Shown here: piece by piece, positions 29,004 to 37,216 of the stretch
Numbering within the stretch: the stretch's first letter is position 1
How the letters are laid out: each line of letters begins with the position of its first letter
Assembly (NCBI GenBank): GCA_019429465.1
Contig: JAHYIV010000008.1
Coordinates: 20,597 to 84,596 of the forward strand
Source: Desulfoarculaceae bacterium
GTDB taxonomy: Bacteria > Desulfobacterota > Desulfobulbia > Desulfobulbales > Desulfocapsaceae
Length of the DNA: 64,000 nt
Direction of reading: 5' to 3'
Made by a program: the position numbers and the translations under genes
Notes under the pieces: generated by a model
Database searches by the model: none
What the model saw: only the letters and a program-made list of their open reading frames with translations
Told to the model about the DNA's origin: nothing

Positions 29004-29402
29004 TCACCTGTAAAGGCGGTCAAAGGTAGCACCATCCACCTTTCCCAGAAAAATCTTGGTGCAGATCAGGATATTGCGGGCAATATCGCCAGCCTGAATG
29101 CGCAACAACCCTTCTCGGATGATGATTTTTTTCAACAACTCCCGGCCATTCGACTCATTGTAATAAATATCCGAGTCCAGGATATCTCTCACAATCTCCG
29201 GTTCGGTTTGATCGATAATGAGCTGCAGGCCTAACCGGAAAAACCGATCTTTAACACTCGCCTGCTCTTCTTCCAGGGACAGAATGCCTCTTTTCTTGGC
29301 CTTGTCACCCATATCCTTCAGAATCCTGATAATAGGGACCAGGGATTCCTGATCCTCCTGGCTGCATGCGGCCTTGGCCGCCAAAGTAAGATCCCGTAAC
29401 AT
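29004..29402 (-). CDS. soluble protein resembling the MotA cytoplasmic loop (no TM segments)
   Basis: AKKRGILSLEEEQASVKDRFFRLGLQLIIDQTEPEIVRDILDSDI parallels the MotA loop ARREGLLALE...FL..GL..AVDG...E.IRDIM as I recall it. The 132-aa product has no hydrophobic helices. Confidence 0.45.
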   Translation of the reverse strand: MLRDLTLAAKAACSQEDQESLVPIIRILKDMGDKAKKRGILSLEEEQASVKDRFFRLGLQLIIDQTEPEIVRDILDSDIYYNESNGRELLKKIIIREGLLRIQAGDIARNILICTKIFLGKVDGATFDRLYR

Positions 29403-29560
29403 GACGCTCCTTCTTCCCTGCCTTCATTACAATATATGGTAAAATCGAGAGGGATGAGACGAACCTGATCAAACTCGCCTCATCCCTCTCACAGAACCGT
29501 ACGTCCGGGCCTCGTATACGGCTCCTGTTTATTTTCCTTCGTTTTCATACCGAAACAGAA

Positions 29561-29728
29561 ATTCCGGTGTAACTATCCAGCAGCACCTCATCTGCTTCGT
29601 CATCGGTCTGCTCATGTACGAATCAGTACACTTCGCAGGCCTCTTTCTCGCATATGAGGCACTGCTGAATAGTTACGTGACATGTGATTTGGCATTTTCC
29701 TGGCATTAAGCTGGATAGTTACATTCCG
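29561..29728. repeat. nested inverted-repeat (MITE-like) element
   Basis: The box GTAACTATCCAGC occurs once forward (29568) and twice in reverse (29653-29675 and 29709-29728). The outer arms are TTCCGGTGTAACTATCCAGC / GCTGGATAGTTACATTCCGG. Confidence 0.6.
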
Positions 29729-29794
29729 GTTTTTACAGCACCGAGGTCAAAGAGCCCTTGCAGCAGGCCGGGTTTGCCCGCTACGCTGGGCAAA

Positions 29795-29824
29795 CAAAAA
29801 GGGACGACCCAATGGGTCTCCCTT
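29795..29824 (-). terminator. factor-independent terminator downstream of the cytochrome c gene
   Basis: The minus strand reads AGGGAGACCCA-T-TGGGTCGTCCCT followed by TTTTTG. Confidence 0.65.
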
Positions 29825-29948
29825 TCTGTCAAATCAGACAACAAGCTCTGACCTTACCTGCATTCGCTTGCGTCAATTCAGTGGATGGATAGTATTCCAT
29901 TGAAGAGCCAGAAGCCACTCACAAACAAAAAAACATTCGAGATTCCCT

Positions 29949-30641
29949 CTACTTACAGGTCTTAGGGCTTACTCCATCCAGCGCATACTTGAGGACAAAC
30001 TGATGCAGATGCTCCATCTGAACAGTAGTAAAGCCGTAGGTGTCAAATTGAGGCATCGATTTTTTAAATCTTTTGAAATCAGCAGTAAAAAAACGATCCC
30101 AGGCGGCCATTGTCCGATCACCAGGGCTGATAATCGGGGCCTTATTTTTTTTATGACAGGTCAGACACCTGCGAAAGACATACCTGCCTTTGATACTATC
30201 CCCTGCCGTAAAATCGAACACTCCTGCCGCCCCCTCACCTTTGTTGACCTCTCCCGGGGTGGACACTTTTTTAGCCTTGGCCTCAATAGTTTCGCGAGCA
30301 GGGGCTTGAGCAGCAGATCCAGTCGCCTCATTGTCTGCTGATTCCTCGACCAGATAACGATGGATATTCTCCAACTGACGCTCATTGATCCCCATGACTG
30401 AAAAATCATGTTTCCTGTCCCGCAATTTTTTATAGTCATCAGTAAAAAAAGAGCGCCACCCTGCTTCGCTCTTTTCTCCTGGTTCCAGACTGCTCAAGCC
30501 CTTTGCCTTATGACAGGAACGACAGGTCTGAATAGCATATTTACCCCACAGAGCATTCCCGCCTTTTTCATCAAAAGCCTGCACATCATGAGCACCAAAC
30601 AGAAGCAGACCGGCCAAAACAGCAGTAGTCATTCGTCGCAT
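29949..30641 (-). CDS. secreted dihaem c-type cytochrome (internal duplication)
   Basis: The product has a signal peptide (MRRMTTAVLAGLLLFGAHDVQA). Two CXXCH sites (CRSCH, CLTCH) each sit in a module of about 95 aa containing W..FF..D(Y/F)K. Confidence 0.8.
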   Translation of the reverse strand: MRRMTTAVLAGLLLFGAHDVQAFDEKGGNALWGKYAIQTCRSCHKAKGLSSLEPGEKSEAGWRSFFTDDYKKLRDRKHDFSVMGINERQLENIHRYLVEESADNEATGSAAQAPARETIEAKAKKVSTPGEVNKGEGAAGVFDFTAGDSIKGRYVFRRCLTCHKKNKAPIISPGDRTMAAWDRFFTADFKRFKKSMPQFDTYGFTTVQMEHLHQFVLKYALDGVSPKTCK

Positions 30642-30825
30642 TTCTTATCCCTTTATTCTTTCTTTATTTTTTGGAGACGACTCAATACACCGAAAATGGC
30701 ATTGAGAAGACAAAACAAGACTTGTGTACCATATCGTTTCAAAAGGAGGAATACAACATCCTTGTGACATGCCCTGCTAATTCCAGTTACTCTGCCACCG
30801 AACCCTCCACCAGGGCCTTCATCAC

Positions 30826-32616
30826 TCAGACTGCACCCGGCTCATCCAGCTCGGTAAATCCCCAATAGGGATAGTCCAGGCCATAGCTGCCAACTAGACC
30901 GGGAGAGTGTTCCCGGCTGGCCACCAGCCACAGCTTATTCTGCCGCTGCTGATCAGGCGCTGAGTCCAGAGGATCCCAGTCCGGAGAAAGCACCAGGGCA
31001 TTATCGGCACTGTACTCTATATCTCCAGAGCCTTTAAACACGCCCATATGAGGCCTGTCCGTATAGCCATCTCCGCTGCCCCGCGACAATTCCGAGAGAA
31101 TAAGAAAGGAGACCTGCAGCTCATCCCGTATGGCCTCCAGTTGCCGCAGCCAGGCGTCAATCCCGGTCCGCTGTTCGCTAAAATCCTTAAAAGGCAGCTT
31201 GTGCAGGCTGTCAATCACCACCACGGTGTACTCACTCCGGGTCTCATGACGGATAAAATCAATATGACGACGCATGATCTCGGCGTTGAGTTTTCGATCG
31301 TTGACCACCCGGAAAGAGACAAGGAGCTGTTGAAGGTCCTGACAGGCACGCTCAAAATGTGGACCTGCGGCACCTGTCGCCACACCATCCTTGATGTCAC
31401 GGGTGGACAGGCGACTCAAGCGGCTCAAGGTCCGCTGATAGATCTTTTGCCGGCCATTCTCAAAATCATAGTAGAGCACCGGCACCTTTCGTCTTGCCAT
31501 CTCCGTGGCAATCTGGATGGCAAAACAGGATTTTCCGGATTTGGGGGCCCCACCGATGACGGTAATGCCATGGATGCCATCCAGCGCCTGATCAAACTTG
31601 GGAAACCCCGTCCTGAGGGCCCCATAGGCAGGACCCGACTCCAGGGCCAGTTGCGCCAGAAAATGATTATATTCCCGCCTGGGGCTGGCAAAGGGCGAGA
31701 AGGCGCTGGACGCCTGCATCATGGACAGGACAGCAGCCTTAAACCCTTTTCCTTGGTCACAGGCCAATTGCCAGAGGTTATAATTTCTGGCAAGGGCAGC
31801 AGGCCAGCGCAGCAGACGGGCCTTATAGCCGATTCCGGCCGCGAAAAGACGCGCCGCAGCCTCAGCCTCAGCACTCTTCTCCATGACAATAAAAACAGTA
31901 TGAACAAAGGCCAGACGATCCGCATCGAGTGCCTCCAGACTGTGACAATCAGGGACTGCCACCCCAGGAAAGCCAAGTTGTTTCAGGGTAAGCAGGTTTT
32001 CTTCTCCCTGACAGACAAAGAGGGCGCCGTTCTCGCAACGCTGAATGTCCTCAACATTAAAGATGTGGTACTGGTCAGCAAAAAAATGTTCGTCACCATG
32101 CCAGAAAGAGTCCTCCTGCCGCTCCGGAAAGAGACAACGGGCGGCATAGCAGTTTCCATCTTCCTGGACATACGGATAGACCAGATAACGGCCGTTATAG
32201 CCGATCTTCAGCTCGGTCAGGACGCTGCGATCAATCCCTGCCTGCTGAAACCGGGCCCGCATCTCTTCACTGAGCCGGTCCTGATAGAGCTGGATCTCAT
32301 TATTGATATTGTTGACCGGATACTCTATCTGCCGCTGGAAATAGTCACGGTCAGGATCGTAGCCCGGAACCTCGACAGGGCTGATTCCCGTCAACCTGGC
32401 AAACCAGAGCGGAAAGCCACCAGCCACACAGCGATTCAGACAGCGGAAATAGCCATAAAAGAAGCCTTCCTTATTCAGATAGACCACCAAACGGCCGGCA
32501 TACTCCCTGCCCTTCTGTTTACAGAAAGGACAGTCCGCACTCAGGTGCGATTTTTCTTCCTTGATGTTCTGCAGATGACTGAGATAAAAAAGGGCTACCG
32601 CCTCACTTTGTTCCAT
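30826..32616 (-). CDS. primase-helicase-like protein (Cys4 zinc ribbon + Toprim-like + DnaB/RecA-type ATPase; T7 gp4/Twinkle architecture)
   Basis: The zinc ribbon is CPFC...RCLNRC. The Toprim-like region has FVCQGEENLLTL. The ATPase has Walker A GGAPKSGKS, Walker B VVVIDSLHKL, and the DnaB-like motifs LSELSR and FKGSGDIEYSADNALVL. Confidence 0.75.
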   Translation of the reverse strand: MEQSEAVALFYLSHLQNIKEEKSHLSADCPFCKQKGREYAGRLVVYLNKEGFFYGYFRCLNRCVAGGFPLWFARLTGISPVEVPGYDPDRDYFQRQIEYPVNNINNEIQLYQDRLSEEMRARFQQAGIDRSVLTELKIGYNGRYLVYPYVQEDGNCYAARCLFPERQEDSFWHGDEHFFADQYHIFNVEDIQRCENGALFVCQGEENLLTLKQLGFPGVAVPDCHSLEALDADRLAFVHTVFIVMEKSAEAEAAARLFAAGIGYKARLLRWPAALARNYNLWQLACDQGKGFKAAVLSMMQASSAFSPFASPRREYNHFLAQLALESGPAYGALRTGFPKFDQALDGIHGITVIGGAPKSGKSCFAIQIATEMARRKVPVLYYDFENGRQKIYQRTLSRLSRLSTRDIKDGVATGAAGPHFERACQDLQQLLVSFRVVNDRKLNAEIMRRHIDFIRHETRSEYTVVVIDSLHKLPFKDFSEQRTGIDAWLRQLEAIRDELQVSFLILSELSRGSGDGYTDRPHMGVFKGSGDIEYSADNALVLSPDWDPLDSAPDQQRQNKLWLVASREHSPGLVGSYGLDYPYWGFTELDEPGAV

Positions 32617-32681
32617 GCCAAGGCAGCTCCTGTGGTGGAAAGATAAGAGATAAGAAAGAAATGACTGTCAGGCTGTGAGCT

Positions 32682-35600
32682 TCAGTTGCCACTGGCGACT
32701 GCTGCCAGCTGAGCTTCCTGCAGGGGATGATCGAATTGGACATGGACGGTATACTGCAGAGAGGTCACCGACTCTCCGCCAGCGCCATTCTGTCCATATA
32801 TGGCCACCACCATACCGGCCATCCCTGCTGTCAACGGAGTGCCTGGTGGCCCATCGATCTGACGGACAATCACCTTCCGCCCCAAAAGCAGACGGCCGCT
32901 TCGCTGGTGAGAAAGACGGACGGTGGCAGAGACCCCACCAATAGAGACATCACCCTTCTCACTCTGCAAGACAGTGCCTGTCTCCTGACCATTATCATCA
33001 AGAATAGCCAGGGCCAGTCTGGCTGAGAAATTCAACCGTTCCGTTGCCCTGCGGTCAATGACCATGACCTTCAGCGCATCCTGCTCCACGAGCTGTTGGC
33101 AGAAAGTCTTCAATTTTGACTCCAGCTCAGGGAAACTGTTCTGCCACTTCCGCAGCGCCTCCCGAGGCAGAACAAAGGCATCCACCGTACCGACACTTGC
33201 CGCATTAACAGTCCAGACCGATTCCTCAAAAAAAGAATCTACCCCAAAAATATCCCCGGGTCCCACTGTTCTGAGCAGGATATCATTACCGCGAGGATCC
33301 CGGAAAAACAGTTTAACCCGGCCCTTATTGACAAAGACAAGCCGCTGGTGCAGATCGCCTTGCACCACAATATTCTCATCCGGGACATAATGCACATGCT
33401 CCATGGCAGAATAGAGGCCATTAAACTCTTCGGTGCTGAGAAAATCGTAGACCTCCGCCCAGTTCTGAGTCTGGCCCTGATCGCTGCGGACGACTCTCTG
33501 TTCTTCAACCATCTCGGTTGCCTTAATAATATCATCGAGCGCCAGCGGATCAATCTCCACCAAACGCCGGCAAAGCAGCTCTGCCTGATCAAACTTATGA
33601 AGGCAGGCCACAGTGGAGATTAAGTCAAGAAGCAGAGTTTTGGCGGCCGCCCTTTTGTTCTGATCAAGCAGGAGATAGACATCATGTTCCTCGGTCAGAT
33701 TCGTTACCGGCACGTACACCTTGGTGGTCGGCCTGCCCCGCATCACCTGGGCCTGCCTGACCGCGTTCGTTGAGGTCTTACGGAGCTCTGCATGCATTTG
33801 TCTCTTTTGCCTGCGACTGGCGTCAAGCAAGACAAGCCCCCTCTGCACAGCCTGCCGGACCTCCATGTCCATGTTTTTAGGACGCCCCCCCCCACTTGCC
33901 GACAACAGCAGTAAGGCCTTTTGGGCCTGAGCAGAGCCGCTATGTCCCAGAGTCTCGCAGATACTGGTCAGGAGTGTTTTTTTTATATCCGGCGAGAAAT
34001 ACTTCTCATCCTCCAGCAGCTCGACCAGGACGCCAACGACCTCTTCATCCACCACTGAGGCCAAGGCCAGCACCACCCGAAACTTCAATTTTTCACTGAT
34101 CCGGGGCAGGGCGTCAAGCAGATACTGCTTCTTTTGTTGAGCACCGATCTTATAGATACAGGACAGGGCCTCACTCTGCACCCGCAGGTCATCATGGGAG
34201 AGATAGCCCTGCACTGCACTGGCATCTCCTTCAGCACCCGTTTCACCAAGCAACCTGATCAGATTGCGTTTCCCATACCAGGGCATGGGCTCCTGCAATC
34301 GTTCAAGAAGAAGTGAGGATAACATTGCCGCCCCCACGCCGGCCAGGATCTTCAACAGCCTGATCCGCTCTGCCCTTCTTTTACTGGTCAGCAACACATC
34401 GAGCAGAAACTGGATACCCAGCGGGCCATGCATGACAATCTTCTGACAATACATCTCCTCGACCGGTTTATCAAAGCAGCGATCAAGATAGGCTTGCAGG
34501 ATAGTTCGATCCACCCCCCTGTCCTGCACCTGGGCCACCCGTTCCCTCACCTCCGCTGATTTCCCCAAGGCCCCGGAGCGAATGGCATAAAAGAGGAGGA
34601 GGATCTTTTCAGCCAGATCCTCTCTTCCTGTTTTCTGGGCATGGGTCAAAATATCCTGCAGAATCGCCACCAACCTGGCGCAGGACTCATCAGCATCCTC
34701 CGTTCTTCTCAGACAGAAGAGAAAGGTGGGTGTTAACTTCTCCAGCCACACCCAGGAGTCCAGAGACACAAGTTTCTCTCCGACCAGGCCAAGCCCCTGC
34801 CCTGAGCGGCGACGCAACTCATTATCATCCAGCTTGAGACCACCGACAAGGGTCTGGATGATAGCGGCGGCGATATTCTCTTTTTTGTTCAGGATGAGCC
34901 GTTCAAAAGTGGCCGCGAGATGCAGCAGGATCTCTTTATTCCTTAAGCCCTCAAGACTGCCCCGAGCCAGAGCGCTTACTCCCGCCTGCAGACGTTTGGA
35001 CTGCCGCTGTTTTTCCGTCATCCCCATACTTTCAACCGCATGCAGTTGCCGCCCTTTTACCGTTGTCATCAGGTACCGGCAGGTCTCAGCCACCAGCATT
35101 CTGGACTCGGCATCACTTTGGTTCTGTAATCCGGCAAGTCTCGCTTCCTCCTGTCTCAGGAAAACAACCAGCACCTGAAAGCGTTCTTTATCAATGGCCG
35201 CGAGAAGAGCGTAAGACAGCGCCTCCCCGAAAGGAGTGACCGGGGGCTGGCAAAGGAGCAGAGCAAGGGACTCCTGATCCAGATTTGCTGCCAGCAGGGC
35301 AGCTGTCGCCGTCCCTGCTTTCCGAATCTCTTCATCCTTGAGCACGGCACTGACATTCTCAAGCAACTGGTAAAAGCCAGGAGAGCTTTGATAGACACCT
35401 TGATGCTGTATCGATTGCAGCACAAAACAGACTGCGCCGGCAAGGGTATGAGTTCCCTTGCCGGCGTCATCCAGCTCTCGCCGCATCTTCTCTCTCTGCT
35501 GTCCGTCCTGGTTGGACTCAAGCAAAAAGAGGATCTCTTCCTGCCGGACTCCAGCGGTCATCAGTTGTTGCAGAAAATCGGCAAAGCTGCGAACAACAGC

Positions 35601-36056
35601 CTGAGCTCGGCCCACCTCTTCACCCTCATCTTCCAGAAAAACAGGACCCAGGCCGGCGTTTTCCACAAAAGCAACGTGACCCCCGGACTTTTGGATCTGT
35701 TCAGGGGTCGCGGTAAAGAAAGACAATACCTGTTTAAACCTTTTGCGGTCAATCCCGCGGGCCAGGGTCATCTTCTCAAATCCGGCCTTTTCCAATGAAT
35801 CAACCAGGGACAGGGCGTCCAGCTGTTCTCGCTCTTTTCTCTCAAAAATGAAGCTATCGAGAGTCGGCACCCCTTTATGAAAACCAAAACAAAGGGCATC
35901 ATACAGACGGAGAAAAACCTTCAACTCTGAATAGGCCTTCTCTACCGCCTTGACGACCTGAACACTCTGACCAGGATAAAGGCGAAGATTAGTGATTGCC
36001 TTGTTGATAGACCGTAAGACCTCAAGAGCATGCTGCTGCCGATCAATGCTTGCCAT
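32682..36056 (-). CDS. 1124-aa HEAT/ARM-like repeat protein with C-terminal cNMP-binding-like and PilZ domains
   Basis: The N-terminal roughly 800 aa are helical repeats. A cNMP-type beta-roll follows (VVQGDLHQRLVFVNKGRVKLFF...GPGDIFG). The PilZ motifs RRATER and DVSIGG are present. Confidence 0.7.
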   Translation of the reverse strand: MASIDRQQHALEVLRSINKAITNLRLYPGQSVQVVKAVEKAYSELKVFLRLYDALCFGFHKGVPTLDSFIFERKEREQLDALSLVDSLEKAGFEKMTLARGIDRKRFKQVLSFFTATPEQIQKSGGHVAFVENAGLGPVFLEDEGEEVGRAQAVVRSFADFLQQLMTAGVRQEEILFLLESNQDGQQREKMRRELDDAGKGTHTLAGAVCFVLQSIQHQGVYQSSPGFYQLLENVSAVLKDEEIRKAGTATAALLAANLDQESLALLLCQPPVTPFGEALSYALLAAIDKERFQVLVVFLRQEEARLAGLQNQSDAESRMLVAETCRYLMTTVKGRQLHAVESMGMTEKQRQSKRLQAGVSALARGSLEGLRNKEILLHLAATFERLILNKKENIAAAIIQTLVGGLKLDDNELRRRSGQGLGLVGEKLVSLDSWVWLEKLTPTFLFCLRRTEDADESCARLVAILQDILTHAQKTGREDLAEKILLLFYAIRSGALGKSAEVRERVAQVQDRGVDRTILQAYLDRCFDKPVEEMYCQKIVMHGPLGIQFLLDVLLTSKRRAERIRLLKILAGVGAAMLSSLLLERLQEPMPWYGKRNLIRLLGETGAEGDASAVQGYLSHDDLRVQSEALSCIYKIGAQQKKQYLLDALPRISEKLKFRVVLALASVVDEEVVGVLVELLEDEKYFSPDIKKTLLTSICETLGHSGSAQAQKALLLLSASGGGRPKNMDMEVRQAVQRGLVLLDASRRQKRQMHAELRKTSTNAVRQAQVMRGRPTTKVYVPVTNLTEEHDVYLLLDQNKRAAAKTLLLDLISTVACLHKFDQAELLCRRLVEIDPLALDDIIKATEMVEEQRVVRSDQGQTQNWAEVYDFLSTEEFNGLYSAMEHVHYVPDENIVVQGDLHQRLVFVNKGRVKLFFRDPRGNDILLRTVGPGDIFGVDSFFEESVWTVNAASVGTVDAFVLPREALRKWQNSFPELESKLKTFCQQLVEQDALKVMVIDRRATERLNFSARLALAILDDNGQETGTVLQSEKGDVSIGGVSATVRLSHQRSGRLLLGRKVIVRQIDGPPGTPLTAGMAGMVVAIYGQNGAGGESVTSLQYTVHVQFDHPLQEAQLAAVASGN

Positions 36057-36325
36057 AAAATACCTTGTCTGCTTTTTTCAAGCACTCCTGTTTATCCAAT
36101 GCCCCACAACCTTGCATCTATATGTCGCCATCCCTTGAGCCGAGCCAATCGCGTCCAGGGAGAATTTCTTAAAAGATGTCAACAAACAAGTAGTGTCCTT
36201 CGTGGCCCATGGACGGCTCAGTCGCTTGACACAGGGGAGGGATAAGCGCAGCCTGACCCTTTCGTTACAGCAACCGATACCATCCTGATCCAGCTGACCA
36301 CAACAGTATTTATTGTCAACAGCTT

Positions 36326-36397
36326 AGTGCCTTACAGATTCTTTTCTTGTTTTTTTCAAGAAAACAATCTGCGAAATGCACTTATCCCGTTCATCGG
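36326..36397 (-). repeat. REP-like palindromic element, copy 4 (reverse orientation)
   Basis: The sequence AGTGCCTTACAGATTCTTTTCTTGTTTTTTTCAAGAAAACAATCTGCGAAATGCACTTATCCCGTTCATCGG is the reverse complement of the family consensus. Confidence 0.85.
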
Positions 36398-36539
36398 AGT
36401 TAGATCATTACCCTTACTGGCCTACCACAGGAAAAATACAAAAGTCAAGAAATGCGGCAGATTATCTCATCCTTCAACAACAGCCGTCAATCCCTGAGAT
36501 GACCTGAGGGTCTGATGTTGATCCTGGCAGCCAAGGCCA

Positions 36540-37148
36540 TTACAATGAAACGGCAATGACACCATACTCTTCAAGCATGACCAGAAGTTCAGACAACGGC
36601 AAGCCCACCACGTTCGAATACGAGCCCATGATTTCCTTGACCAGGAAAGCACCCTGCCCCTGAATCCCGTAGGAACCAGCCTTGTCCATGGGCTCGCCGG
36701 TTGCCACATAAGCCCGGGCCACGTCCTCGGAAAACGAGCTGAAAACAACACGGGTACTCACCGACCGGACAGCAGCGATTCCGTTCCGGCGACAGGCGAG
36801 ACAGATCCCGGTCAGCACCTGATGTTCGTTCCCGGAGAGTTGCATCAGCATGGACACGGCACCGGCACGGTCTCCAGGTTTTCCAAGCACGGAATCAGCA
36901 AGACTGACCACCGTATCGGCAGCCACAATCCAGCTGTCGTGATAAAGCTCCATAACAGACCTGGCCTTTTCTGCAGCCATGCGGCGGACAAAGTCCTCCG
37001 GTGTTTCTGCCGGCAAGAGCTGTTCAACAATGTCAGCCGCATGGACACGATAGTCCAGACCAAGATCCTGAAAATAACTCTGCCTCCTGGGTGAAGATGA
37101 TGCCAGGATTAAAGGCTTAAGGGTATGATAGATTGGTCGCTGATTCAT
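36540..37148 (-). CDS. maf: Maf-like nucleoside triphosphate pyrophosphatase
   Basis: LILASSSPRR, the later DKAG.YGIQG motif (MDKAGSYGIQG), and NVVGLP are present. The start is either ATG 37148 or the ORF-track position 37187. Confidence 0.85.
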   Translation of the reverse strand: MNQRPIYHTLKPLILASSSPRRQSYFQDLGLDYRVHAADIVEQLLPAETPEDFVRRMAAEKARSVMELYHDSWIVAADTVVSLADSVLGKPGDRAGAVSMLMQLSGNEHQVLTGICLACRRNGIAAVRSVSTRVVFSSFSEDVARAYVATGEPMDKAGSYGIQGQGAFLVKEIMGSYSNVVGLPLSELLVMLEEYGVIAVSL

Positions 37149-37216
37149 CTCTGACAATGACCCTGCCCATGCCGGGACAGGTGGCAATATGTCGCTTGCT
37201 GCCCGGTGAGGCGTTA

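Noticed and set aside
31048-32646. A 532-aa plus-strand ORF runs almost the full length of, and antisense to, the primase-helicase-like gene.
   Set aside because: I recognise no motif in it. The minus-strand product carries clear Walker A/B and DnaB-type motifs. Long antisense ORFs are expected in codon-biased, moderately GC-rich genes. I treat it as a shadow ORF.
28914-36500. The block could be a genomic island or prophage remnant integrated at tRNA-Gln, because a primase-helicase-like gene lies about 2 kb from the tRNA 3-prime end.
   Set aside because: There is no integrase, excisionase or phage structural gene. I could find no direct repeat of the tRNA 3-prime end (for example TCGAACCCTCGTCCCCCAGCCA) downstream. 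The idea remains possible but is unsupported.
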